Positions 17,245-25,619 of a DNA stretch of 64,000 nt are shown piece by piece (position 1 is the first letter of the stretch; the number at the start of each line of letters is the position of its first letter). The stretch is from Candidatus Iainarchaeum sp. (lineage in GTDB: Archaea > Iainarchaeota > Iainarchaeia > Iainarchaeales > GCA-2688035). The notes below the pieces were generated by a model. That model was not told where the DNA came from. It did no database searches and saw only the letters and a list, made by a program, of their open reading frames with translations. The translations under genes were made by a program, and so were the position numbers. The stretch spans positions 2,778 to 66,777 of the forward strand of contig JAFCCO010000006.1 in NCBI GenBank assembly GCA_017610175.1, given 5' to 3'.

Positions 17245-17903
17245 TTTTTCTCACCAAATACCATTGCGTGGTCTTTTTCAAAAGGCCCGAGTGAAAGAAC
17301 CTGCAGTATTTTGAATTCGTTCTCAAGAACCTTAATTTCTTTTCTGAAAACCTGTTCAGGGCTCTCTTTCTGTGAAATGCTTTTTGCCTTTAGTGCAATT
17401 AATCCCGGCTTTCCACTTTTAAGGAAAAGCTTTGCATTTTTGTTGAATATTTCCGCCTGGTTCTTTTGCGAAATATCCTGGAATAGCAGGTCAACGGCTT
17501 GCCCTTCAAGATGCTCAGCGTATTGCTCCGGCTGGTTTGCGTCCGCAAGAATTGGAACAAGGTTTTTTCGCTGTTCGCACAATTGGATGAATTTTCTCAT
17601 AACACGTTCGCTTATGTCAACCCCTAAAAGAAGGCCGTTTTTCCCAATAATGTCGCTCACATGGCTTGGGGTTGTTCCCTCACTGCTTCCAAGGTAAAGA
17701 ACCTTGCTTCCATTTTGCAGCGGGACATGCTTAAGCCCGTTTTTGATTGCCGCACCAAGCTTGCTTCTCCACGGAACCCATTCCCTGAATTCTTTTTTGT
17801 TTACTAAAACAAGCCGTTCGCCGTAAACCTTTTTTCCAGGCACAAGGTTTTTTGTAAAAAGTTTGCCCTCGTTTTCAAAGATTCCTGAAAAAATCTCCTT
17901 CAC
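17241..17903 (-). CDS. flpA: Fibrillarin-like rRNA/tRNA 2'-O-methyltransferase
   Basis: REWVPWRSKLGAAI…VLYLGSSEGTTPSHVSDI…GVDISERVMR…ILADANQPEQY. Confidence 0.95.
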   Translation of the reverse strand: MKEIFSGIFENEGKLFTKNLVPGKKVYGERLVLVNKKEFREWVPWRSKLGAAIKNGLKHVPLQNGSKVLYLGSSEGTTPSHVSDIIGKNGLLLGVDISERVMRKFIQLCEQRKNLVPILADANQPEQYAEHLEGQAVDLLFQDISQKNQAEIFNKNAKLFLKSGKPGLIALKAKSISQKESPEQVFRKEIKVLENEFKILQVLSLGPFEKDHAMVFGEKK

Positions 17904-17925
17904 TCAAACCACACACCGGGTTTTT

Positions 17926-19209
17926 TTACTTGAGTTCTTCAAACCTTTGCTCAAGCCCTTTCAAAAGCCCTTCTGAAATGTCCTTCTCCCCAAAAAAATC
18001 CTCGCGTGCCGCAATTGCAAGCTTTCCTGCGAGGGCTCTTGCCATCTTTCCCTTGTTTTTTCTGGGGGTTTTTTGCACAAGCGGGTGCATAAAAATGAAT
18101 CCGTGTTTTGGCGGCTTTACCTGCCTGTTTTTAAGGTGCCTGAACAAAGCTTTTTCCGCGCCAAACAATTGTATGGTGCTTGAGGGGAGGACGGCAAGCC
18201 TTTTCATTGAACCCGCTTCACCCAACAGCTTGGCTGCAAGAAGCGGTCCCGCAACCGCCGAGAAGTTCTTTGCAACCTCCAACATTTCGCTTTCAATAAA
18301 AGTAATCAGGAAAGCTCTTTCCTCCTTCAACTGCAGGCTGTTTAGTGCAAGCAGCTGAATTTCCTTTAACGCAGGCTCCTGAATGTCACTGCCCATGCTT
18401 TTGGCTGCGGCATTAACTATCTTCTCTGCTTTTTCAGGAAATTGCTCTGTAACGTTTTCATTGGTGAATTTTTCCCGGTTTCCAACAAAATAAATAAGCT
18501 TAAGCATTTTCTCGTTGTCTCTTGCAATTCTTTCCAGTTCAGGAAAATGCATGCTGTACCATTCAATGCAGTGCTCTGCAAGAAGGTTAAAGCAGGAATC
18601 AAGTTCCCCGATCAGGGCGGCTGCGCGAATCGCATGTGCTTCCCTTCCCTCATATTTTGCCCTGACCTGGCTTCTTGCCTTTCCAATAAGTTTTTTCCTA
18701 AGTTCATCAACGCGGTTTTCAGGCCCTTTTGGTTCATAGCTTTCTCTTTTTTTTGGTTCATAGCTTTCCGTTTTTTGCAGGGCGTAGCTTTCTGCTTTAT
18801 CTACTTTATAGCTTTCTGTTTTTTTTGCTTTATGGCTTTCTGGCTTTTGCCTTGCTGGCTTTTCCGATTTTTTGCTTGTTCGCATTTCAGGTTTCTTAAA
18901 TACATGTCCTTCAGGCCTTTTTGAAACAACCAGCGGCTTATCCCTTGGTCTTACTGAGTATTTTGATTTTGTTGAGCGTCCTGATCTTTTTGAGCGTCCT
19001 GAGCGGTCAGGCCTTTTTGAGCGCCCTGTTGAGCGTCCTGGTCTTGTTGAGCGGTCAGGCCTTTCTGAGCGGTCTGATCTTGAAGAACGTTTTGACCCTG
19101 AACTTGGCTTAGAGAATCCTCTTGCAGTGTCCTTTTTCTTGCCCTTTCCATATTTTTGCGATGCGGATTTTCTGATTGACCCGAATTTTCCGCCTGTTTT
19201 GCGTCTCAT
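17926..19209 (-). CDS. nop5: Nop5 (Nop56/58) C/D-box sRNP core protein with a non-canonical low-complexity N-terminus
   Basis: Coiled-coil plus Nop domain (…IEWYSMHFPELERI…AGPLLAAKLLGEAGSMKRLAVLPSSTIQLFGAEKALFRHL…PKHGFIFMHPLV). Residues 1 to about 165 are Arg/Ser/Lys-rich repeats instead of the usual N-terminal domain. Confidence 0.9.
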   Translation of the reverse strand: MRRKTGGKFGSIRKSASQKYGKGKKKDTARGFSKPSSGSKRSSRSDRSERPDRSTRPGRSTGRSKRPDRSGRSKRSGRSTKSKYSVRPRDKPLVVSKRPEGHVFKKPEMRTSKKSEKPARQKPESHKAKKTESYKVDKAESYALQKTESYEPKKRESYEPKGPENRVDELRKKLIGKARSQVRAKYEGREAHAIRAAALIGELDSCFNLLAEHCIEWYSMHFPELERIARDNEKMLKLIYFVGNREKFTNENVTEQFPEKAEKIVNAAAKSMGSDIQEPALKEIQLLALNSLQLKEERAFLITFIESEMLEVAKNFSAVAGPLLAAKLLGEAGSMKRLAVLPSSTIQLFGAEKALFRHLKNRQVKPPKHGFIFMHPLVQKTPRKNKGKMARALAGKLAIAAREDFFGEKDISEGLLKGLEQRFEELK

Positions 19210-19276
19210 GCTAACTTATTTTTAGGGAACAATCATTTAAAAAGTCTATGAAATCTAAGTTTATTGAAGTGTTTTT

Positions 19277-20764
19277 ATGCCAAAAGAGGAAGTTAACAAT
19301 CTTGCATTGAGGAGAGCGCTTTTCTTTCCAAGCGCGGAAATTTATGCAAACGCACCATCCGGGTTCTGGGAATTCGGGCCGATTGGGCATGCAATAAGGC
19401 GGCGCATAATTGAAGCCTGGAGAAAGGAGCTTGTTGAAAAAGAGGGCATGATTGAGATAAGCGGTGCCCAAATTTTGCCGGAGGATGTGTTTAAGGCTTC
19501 GGGGCATCTTGAAAATTTCAACGACCCTATTGTGCAGTGCAAAAAATGCCATTCCCTTGCCAGGGCAGACAAGCTCATTGCCGATAAAATTGACGACATT
19601 GTTCCTGAGAGCCTTGCAACAAACGAGCTTGATGCAATGATAAAGGACCATCAAGTTTCATGCCCAAAATGCAAGGGCAAGGATTTTGACAAGGTCAAGA
19701 AATTTAACATGATGATGGGCCTTGCAATTGGTGCAACCGGTGACCAGCCGGCCTATTTGCGCCCTGAAACCTGCCAAAGTATTTTCCTTGACTTCAAGCG
19801 CCTTTACAAGAATTGGCGTGGGGATTTGCCGCTTGGAATTGCCCAGGCCGGAAAAAGCTTCAGGAACGAAATTGCCCCGAGAAATACTTTGCTGCGGCAA
19901 CGTGAATTTGGGCAGATGGAAATTGAGCTTTTCTTTGATCCTGAGCGCATTGATGAGGTTCCTGCATTTGATTCGGTTTCGGACTACGAGCTTAACCTTA
20001 TGCTTGTCAATTCAGGCAAGGTTCAGAAAATTTCATGCAAGGACGCCGCATCCAAAAAAATTGTTTCAGGAAAGTTCATTGCATATTACATCGCGTGCGT
20101 ACAGCAGTTTTACAACAAACTTGGGGTTCCGCTTGAAAAGATGCGTTTCCGCGGGCTTGACAAGGACGAGAAAGCATTTTATGCAAAGGAAACATGGGAT
20201 TTTGAGATTGAAACAGATCTTGGTTGGATTGAGCTTATGGCCTGCAACTACCGAACAGATCACGATCTTAAAGGGCATGCTGAGCAGAGCAAGCAGGATT
20301 TAAGCGTTAATGAAAACGGAAGAAAGTTTATCCCCCACGTGTTTGAGCTTTCGGCAGGAATTGACAGGACACTTTACACACTTCTTGACCTTTCGTTCCG
20401 AAAGGAAAAGCGCGGCAAGGAAGAGCGAAATTACCTTAAGCTTCCCCCAAGGGTTGCTCCCTTCCTTTGTGCGGTATTCCCTCTTGTGAAGAAGGACGGC
20501 TTGCTTGAGAAAGCAAAAGAGATTTACAAAAGCCTTATTGACTACGGTTTTGATGTGTTCTTTGATGAGAAGGGTAGCATTGGAAAGAGATATGCCCGTG
20601 TTGACGAGGTTGGGATTCCGTTTGCAGTAACGGTTGATTACGACACCATGGAAGACGGGACTGTAACATTGCGGTCCAGGGATTCAATGGAACAGAAGCG
20701 TGTTAAGGTTGAGGAATTATCTGGGTTGCTTTGGGATTTAAAGTCGGCCCAAAAGAGTTTTTAG
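19277..20764 (+). CDS. glyS: Glycyl-tRNA synthetase (archaeal/eukaryal alpha2 type)
   Basis: LRRALFFPSAEIYANAPSGFWEFGPIGHAIRRRI…FRNEIAPRNTLLRQREFGQMEIE…ELSAGIDR, and a C-terminal anticodon-binding domain. Confidence 0.9.
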   Translation: MPKEEVNNLALRRALFFPSAEIYANAPSGFWEFGPIGHAIRRRIIEAWRKELVEKEGMIEISGAQILPEDVFKASGHLENFNDPIVQCKKCHSLARADKLIADKIDDIVPESLATNELDAMIKDHQVSCPKCKGKDFDKVKKFNMMMGLAIGATGDQPAYLRPETCQSIFLDFKRLYKNWRGDLPLGIAQAGKSFRNEIAPRNTLLRQREFGQMEIELFFDPERIDEVPAFDSVSDYELNLMLVNSGKVQKISCKDAASKKIVSGKFIAYYIACVQQFYNKLGVPLEKMRFRGLDKDEKAFYAKETWDFEIETDLGWIELMACNYRTDHDLKGHAEQSKQDLSVNENGRKFIPHVFELSAGIDRTLYTLLDLSFRKEKRGKEERNYLKLPPRVAPFLCAVFPLVKKDGLLEKAKEIYKSLIDYGFDVFFDEKGSIGKRYARVDEVGIPFAVTVDYDTMEDGTVTLRSRDSMEQKRVKVEELSGLLWDLKSAQKSF

Positions 20765-21685
20765 CACAATTGCGGTGTTTGTTGCGTAAATTATTCTGAA
20801 TGCGTTTGCACAGAACGCAACAGCCTCAGCCCTGTTTCCCTTAAAGCCGTTTTTCTTTGCATCTATTGCCCGCTTTATGAAATCCATCTTCTGCCTTTTC
20901 AATAACCCAAATTTTAGCTCAAGGTAAAATCTCAGTCCATCCAGCAACTTATCGTCAAATTTTGTCGCCTCAACAAAGTGCCTTGCCTGCTTTTTTCGAG
21001 GGGTGGCTTTTCCATGCAGTGCGATGCTTGATGATTCAATTTCGTAGAACATTGCCTTTGTTGCATAGCCAACTGCCTTGTTTGGAAGCAGTGGCGAAAG
21101 AAGAATGGCTGCAAATGCAATGCTTTGCGGAACCCAAACGCTTTTCAGTTTCTCCCAAAGGGTAAACCTTGGATGGATTTCTTTCCTAATGTCTTGTCCA
21201 AAGAGAATCTTTCCCTCTTTTTTCATTTTGTACAGCAGGGTCAGTTGGCTTGCCACAAGAATTGCCCCAGGCATTAAATCAAGCCGTTTAATCATTCCCC
21301 TGTTCCAGTCAATGTCCTTTGGCCCAAACACTTCAAACGGCTTGTACAGCCTTGTCTGTTTCTCCACCGCTTTAAGCAGGTTTTCCAGGATGCTTTTTCC
21401 GACCCCTGTTGAGCACACTTTTTTTAGTTGTGTGCTATGCTTTGAGTCAAGTTTCCAAAACAGCTGTTCTGCAAAGGTTTCAACTTCAGCAATCTTTGAA
21501 TTGTCTTTGACCTGAATTATCAGGTCAACGTCGCTTTTTCCAAGCACAAATTCCCCGCGTGCCGCGCTTCCAAAAAGCAAAATAAAGTCAATTTCTTTGC
21601 CGTGCTTTGCCGCCAACTTTTCGGAAAACTCTTTCAGGAAAGCGTCTGCTTTATCCTGCCCTTTGCTAATTATTTTTTTTGCCAT
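20738..21685 (-). CDS. Pol-beta-superfamily nucleotidyltransferase-domain protein
   Basis: LLFGSAARGEFVLGKSDVDLII (GS-x9-D-x-D) plus a helical C-terminal region of about 200 aa. The 3' end overlaps glyS convergently by 27 nt. Confidence 0.7.
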   Translation of the reverse strand: MAKKIISKGQDKADAFLKEFSEKLAAKHGKEIDFILLFGSAARGEFVLGKSDVDLIIQVKDNSKIAEVETFAEQLFWKLDSKHSTQLKKVCSTGVGKSILENLLKAVEKQTRLYKPFEVFGPKDIDWNRGMIKRLDLMPGAILVASQLTLLYKMKKEGKILFGQDIRKEIHPRFTLWEKLKSVWVPQSIAFAAILLSPLLPNKAVGYATKAMFYEIESSSIALHGKATPRKKQARHFVEATKFDDKLLDGLRFYLELKFGLLKRQKMDFIKRAIDAKKNGFKGNRAEAVAFCANAFRIIYATNTAIVLKTLLGRL

Positions 21686-21749
21686 TTCATGTTACTTAAG
21701 GAAATGGGGTTAAAAAGCGTTTGCCGAAACAATTCTTTAACAGTTAATT

Positions 21750-21821
21750 GCCCCGGTAGCTCAGTGGTAGAGCACCTGCCTCGTAAGCAGGGGGTCGAGG
21801 GTTCAACTCCCTCTCGGGGCT
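21750..21821 (+). tRNA. tRNA-Thr (anticodon CGT)
   Basis: GCCCCGGTAGCTCAGTGGTAGAGCACCTGCCTCGTAAGCAGGGGGTCGAGGGTTCAACTCCCTCTCGGGGCT. Anticodon loop CTCGTAA. No CCA. Confidence 0.9.
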
Positions 21822-21826
21822 TTTTG

Positions 21827-22411
21827 GTGATTTTTTTGGTTTTGGACAGATTTGGTGAATTCAGAAGAAATGAAATCCTTTCAATGCTTGGCTCCTTTAT
21901 TGGGAACGAGAAAACAGCCCTTGATGTTGGCTGTGGTTCAGGGGAGATTTCAGCTGCAATCTCAAAGGGGTTTGGTTTGCGGGTTAAGGGTATTGATTTG
22001 TGTGTTTCAAAGAATTCCCTGATTGATTTTACCCTTTTTGACGGGAAGACGATTCCCTTTGAATCAAATTCCTTTGATATTGTTTTCTTGTTCGATGTTT
22101 TGCATCATGTGAACGGAAAGCCTGCAAGAGACGGGCTTTTGTTCGAGTGCTTCAGGGTTGCGAGAAAATCGGTAATAATCAAGGACCATTACTACTCAAA
22201 CTTTTTCCAGAAGCAGTACCTTAAGCTTGTCGACTTTGCAACAAACTTTTTTCCGGCTGTTCCAACCCCGTTTGAGTTTATTAAGAAAAGCGAGTGGGCG
22301 GAATTTAACTTTTGCAAAATAGCTTATTGGAGGTCAATGGGCGTTCCAAATGTTTTGCTGAAAATTAAAAAAGAGGAGGGGGTTAAGCTTTTCCCCTGTC
22401 CTCAAAAATGA
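21827..22411 (+). CDS. Class I SAM-dependent methyltransferase
   Basis: [15 protein letters not shown] (motif I) and [13 protein letters not shown]. The track ORF (21602) runs through the tRNA-Thr gene, so the start must lie after 21821. GTG 21827 or ATG 21884 are the candidates, and the choice is uncertain. Confidence 0.65.
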   Translation: MIFLVLDRFGEFRRNEILSMLGSFIGNEKTALDVGCGSGEISAAISKGFGLRVKGIDLCVSKNSLIDFTLFDGKTIPFESNSFDIVFLFDVLHHVNGKPARDGLLFECFRVARKSVIIKDHYYSNFFQKQYLKLVDFATNFFPAVPTPFEFIKKSEWAEFNFCKIAYWRSMGVPNVLLKIKKEEGVKLFPCPQK

Positions 22412-22589
22412 AGAGTTCGTCTATTTTTGCATCCAGTGCCTTTGCGATTTCGTGCGCCAGCTTAAGTGACGGGTTGTACTTTCCCTTCTCGAGGAAGAGA
22501 ATGGTTTCGCGCCGCACTCCTGTTTTCTTTGCAAGGTCTTCCTGTGTCAGGTTGTGCCTAGCACGAAACTCCTTTATTCTTGTTTTCAT
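22383..22589 (-). CDS. Small XRE/Cro-type HTH transcriptional regulator
   Basis: [55 protein letters not shown] 22589 forms an ATGA overlap with the upstream membrane-protein gene. The track start at 22736 is an out-of-context extension. Confidence 0.85.
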   Translation of the reverse strand: MKTRIKEFRARHNLTQEDLAKKTGVRRETILFLEKGKYNPSLKLAHEIAKALDAKIDELFIFEDRGKA

Positions 22590-22912
22590 TTTCCCGCCTT
22601 CTGGTAGTAGAACAGGGAAAGCATGAATACCAGCAAACTTCCTCCGAATTGCATCACAAACACTGCTCCAAGCAGGGGAATCCCTTGTGTTATGTAAAGG
22701 TAGCCAAGTGAAACAGACCCAAATAACATCGCGCACACGAAAGCGTTCCTTGAGGCCCTGCCAATGTTTGCATCCAACATTTCGTCGCTTATTTTATACA
22801 CTGAAAAAAAGGAAACGAATCCAAGAAAACCGAGGAATCCAATTTTTCCCTCAACGAAGAATAGTAGGCTCAATAGGGACAGAAAACCAAGATACCAGAG
22901 AATGTTTTTCAC
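22586..22912 (-). CDS. Small multi-TM membrane protein co-transcribed with the XRE regulator
   Basis: Three to four hydrophobic helices. GTG start. This arrangement (membrane protein plus YozG-like HTH) recurs in prokaryotes. Confidence 0.55.
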   Translation of the reverse strand: MKNILWYLGFLSLLSLLFFVEGKIGFLGFLGFVSFFSVYKISDEMLDANIGRASRNAFVCAMLFGSVSLGYLYITQGIPLLGAVFVMQFGGSLLVFMLSLFYYQKAGK

Positions 22913-23043
22913 AGCATATCACCTATTCCGCGTTTCCCTTGCCTTTGAAGTGCAGAGCCGGGGCAAAGAACACAAAGCCCGGAACTCATTGCAATTGTTA
23001 GTTTGTCAGTCATTTTTATAACCTCCGTTTGTTATATTTTCAC

Positions 23044-23075
23044 AACATATTGTTATACATTTCTAACAATATGTT
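23044..23075. promoter_or_regulatory. 12-bp inverted repeat (candidate operator) upstream of the XRE operon
   Basis: AACATATTGTTA (23044-23055) and its exact reverse complement TAACAATATGTT (23064-23075). GTTATAT/GTTATAC half-sites recur at 23031, 23052 and 23072. An A/T-rich TATA-like TATTTAA sits at 23093-23099. Confidence 0.35.
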
Positions 23076-23134
23076 ATATTTACATAACAACTTGTATTTA
23101 AGGCTTTCGGTTATTCTTTAAAAAATAGCTTGAT

Positions 23135-24706
23135 TTACTCTGGCTCAGGCTCTATCGATATCCAGTTTTCCATTTCGCCTGTTATAAAGTCCGGTTGCCC
23201 TGATGACCCGGCAAGTGGGTTGTCAAACTTGTATTTGAGTTTGCAGAGCATCGGTTTTTCGTTGTTGTGCTGTGAAATTGGGGCCGATGCCTGCATTGTA
23301 ATTTCCCTTGTTTCGCCGCCCTCTAAAACGTTGATATGCGTTCCAAGGAGCTGCAGCCAGTCCGTTGTGCATACCTGGTAATTGCTTACTGAAATATCCA
23401 CCCCGCGTATTGCCAGTTCCCCATCGTTCTTTACTTTCAGAATCTCAGACACGTTTTCGTAGTATTCAAAACCTGGGCCGCTAAGCCATTCAATGCCTAT
23501 ATTGTCCTTTGCGGTTAATTCAAGCTTAACTTCCGCTTCCTTTTCAATAATTATGTTAAATGATTTTCTCATTGGCTGCGGCAGGAAACTTGCACTGAGA
23601 ATGACTTCCCCGGTTATTGTTTCCTTTTTTGCTGTGAGGGGTATGTCAATTCTCACCTGCTTTTCAACCTTGTTTTCCAAATCCTCTTCCTCAATGCGGG
23701 GTATGTTTATTTTCCATGGCTCCGGCTCGTTTGCCTTTTCCTGGAACTTGAACCAGTTTATTACGCGTGAAGCCCCGCCGTTCGTTGGCGCGCTTTTGAT
23801 TTCAATCAAAATCTCTAAGTCTTCAATGGGAAAATCGCTTTCGTTCTCAATTGTAACCAATGCATTAGTGATTACTTCCCCTGCATCCACTTTCTTCCCT
23901 CTCTTTTCACCTAAGTTCTTTATGGAGAAATCTATCTCAGGGGCCGGCGAAACCGTAAACTCCTTTGTTTGCTTTTCAAGAGTATACTTTACCCTTGCGC
24001 TTGCCTTGAATTCTTTTGCGCCATCCTTCTTTCCGCCCAAATCCAGATCCTTGGGGACCGTTACTTCCAGCGCCACTGTTTTTGTTCCGCCTGCAGAAAT
24101 TCCGGGCACGCTTTTGTCGCTTACGCCCCATTCATCAAGCTCTCCCCCAAACACAATTTCCACATTTTGTGAAACATTGTCATTGTTCTTCACCTCAAAC
24201 ATTACAGTCCTATTCTGGCCGGCAATCCACTGCCCTGGGAAAACATCCTTAAAATCAACTATTTCAACGTCAATATCTTTTTCTACGATAAACTCTACCG
24301 GGCCCGATTCGGATATTGTAAGATCTCCTTTTTTTGCTTTGTGGTCCGGAACCCGCAAATCAAATTGGTAGGTGCCTGCCTTTAGCTGCAGCGAATACGC
24401 ATCCTCTGCTTGCCCTGCAAAAACCTCGGTTCCTGCATTGTCAAAGATTGTAATCCTGCTTTTTTCAACAGGGTCATTTTCTGCGTCAACAATTGTTATT
24501 GAAACGTTTCTCACGCTTCCAATAAAGAAGTCGTACAGGAAAAATCCAACAACCACAATAAGCAGAACCGCAATAAGGAGCTTGGCATTTTTCTTAAGCA
24601 GGCCAATTACCGGCTTTACCTGCGCCGCAATGCCTTCGTCTTCAAACTCGATGTCATCGTCGCTGTAGGACGGGTTATCAAACTTGTCAAATCCTGAATC
24701 CATCAA
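23135..24706 (-). CDS. Membrane-anchored surface protein with repeated Ig-like/CARDB-type domains
   Basis: Acidic cytoplasmic N-terminus, one TM (LLIAVLLIVVVGFFLYDFFIG), then beta-rich repeats with patterns such as 'FEVKNNDNVSQNVEIVF' and 'LVTIENESDFPIEDLEILIEI'. Confidence 0.5.
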   Translation of the reverse strand: MMDSGFDKFDNPSYSDDDIEFEDEGIAAQVKPVIGLLKKNAKLLIAVLLIVVVGFFLYDFFIGSVRNVSITIVDAENDPVEKSRITIFDNAGTEVFAGQAEDAYSLQLKAGTYQFDLRVPDHKAKKGDLTISESGPVEFIVEKDIDVEIVDFKDVFPGQWIAGQNRTVMFEVKNNDNVSQNVEIVFGGELDEWGVSDKSVPGISAGGTKTVALEVTVPKDLDLGGKKDGAKEFKASARVKYTLEKQTKEFTVSPAPEIDFSIKNLGEKRGKKVDAGEVITNALVTIENESDFPIEDLEILIEIKSAPTNGGASRVINWFKFQEKANEPEPWKINIPRIEEEDLENKVEKQVRIDIPLTAKKETITGEVILSASFLPQPMRKSFNIIIEKEAEVKLELTAKDNIGIEWLSGPGFEYYENVSEILKVKNDGELAIRGVDISVSNYQVCTTDWLQLLGTHINVLEGGETREITMQASAPISQHNNEKPMLCKLKYKFDNPLAGSSGQPDFITGEMENWISIEPEPE

Positions 24707-24774
24707 ATCACTTTGCGTAAGTGTTTTAATTAAATAACTGATTTATATATATAAATCTTTGGGGGGGAACTCAA

Positions 24775-25185
24775 TTGTTGGAATTTTCCAAAAGAGAGCA
24801 AAAACAGTTTTTCATAATGGTTGCTGCAGCAATAATTCTTTCAGTTGCATTTATCGTGTTTATTTTGCTTCCAAAAACAGCCGGGTCGTACACCGAGTTT
24901 TACTTTGTTCAGCCAATGCCTGCAACCGCCGCAATTGATGAAACAGTTTCGTTTTCCTTTGTGGTCAGGAATATGGAGGGCGAACAGGCAAGCTATTCCT
25001 ATGGCCTGTTTTTGGACGGTGAACTGGAAAGTGAGGGAAGCTTATTGCTTGAGAACAATCAATTAAGCGGGGTTGAAACAGAGGTTAAGTTTGCTGCATC
25101 TGGCCGGCACGAGATTGAGGTGCGGCTTAAAAAACCATTAGAGGCTGAATTAATCATATCCAAGTGGATTGAGGTGAATGAGTGA
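24775..25185 (+). CDS. Small membrane-anchored beta-sandwich protein, unknown function
   Basis: TM (FFIMVAAAIILSVAFIVFILL), then VSFSFVVRNMEGEQASYSY…HEIEVRL. Confidence 0.45.
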   Translation: MLEFSKREQKQFFIMVAAAIILSVAFIVFILLPKTAGSYTEFYFVQPMPATAAIDETVSFSFVVRNMEGEQASYSYGLFLDGELESEGSLLLENNQLSGVETEVKFAASGRHEIEVRLKKPLEAELIISKWIEVNE

Positions 25186-25619
25186 AAATTGCGCTGTTGG
25201 GTGAATCGGAATCCGGAATAAATATTTTTCCAAAGCTTACCGAAAAGCTTGTCAAAAAAATAGTCGATGCAGAGGTAAGCGAGCATTTTGTCCGCTCGCT
25301 TGAGGACATTCCCCTAAAAGCAAAGCAGCTTACAAAGTCCAACTCCCTTGTTTTTGTTTTTGCCCTTTACGGTGAAAAAACTGAGGCAGTGGACATGGTT
25401 ATTGAAAAGCTTGTTTCCGTTGAGCTTGAAACAGGCAAGAAAATCATCAAGGCAATTGAGGCATCTGACGCACAGAATCTTGTGCTTGAGGACCAGTTTG
25501 CTGAGGAGAAGGAAGAGCTTGCTTCAAAGTGGAGCAAGGTAATTGTCAACGAGCTCTTTAGCCCGGCAAAGTTTGCGCCCAAGGAAGACATTGTTCCGAA
25601 TGAGGACGGTTTTATTTGA
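25182..25619 (+). CDS. Hypothetical protein, possibly lumazine-synthase / archaeal riboflavin-synthase-like fold (divergent)
   Basis: GTGA-coupled to the upstream gene. The stretch VRSLEDIPLKAKQLTK…LVFVFALYGEKTEAVDMV resembles (from memory) the VPGxxDLPVAxKKL…ALGxPG region of archaeal RibC/RibH. The substrate-binding N-terminus is not conserved. Confidence 0.3.
   Translation: MKIALLGESESGINIFPKLTEKLVKKIVDAEVSEHFVRSLEDIPLKAKQLTKSNSLVFVFALYGEKTEAVDMVIEKLVSVELETGKKIIKAIEASDAQNLVLEDQFAEEKEELASKWSKVIVNELFSPAKFAPKEDIVPNEDGFI

Noticed and set aside
18715-19110. Imperfect tandem DNA repeats (GAGCG-TCCTG-type units and ATAGCTTTC units). Considered as a possible CRISPR array or minisatellite.
   Set aside because: The repeats are short, degenerate and contiguous with no unique spacers. 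They stay in frame within the nop5 ORF, encoding RS-rich and xESYxxxK peptide repeats. They are reported as a protein feature instead.
19211-19654. A 147-aa minus-strand ORF overlapping the 5' end of glyS.
   Set aside because: It lies entirely inside the well-supported GlyRS coding region on the other strand. It has no recognisable motif.
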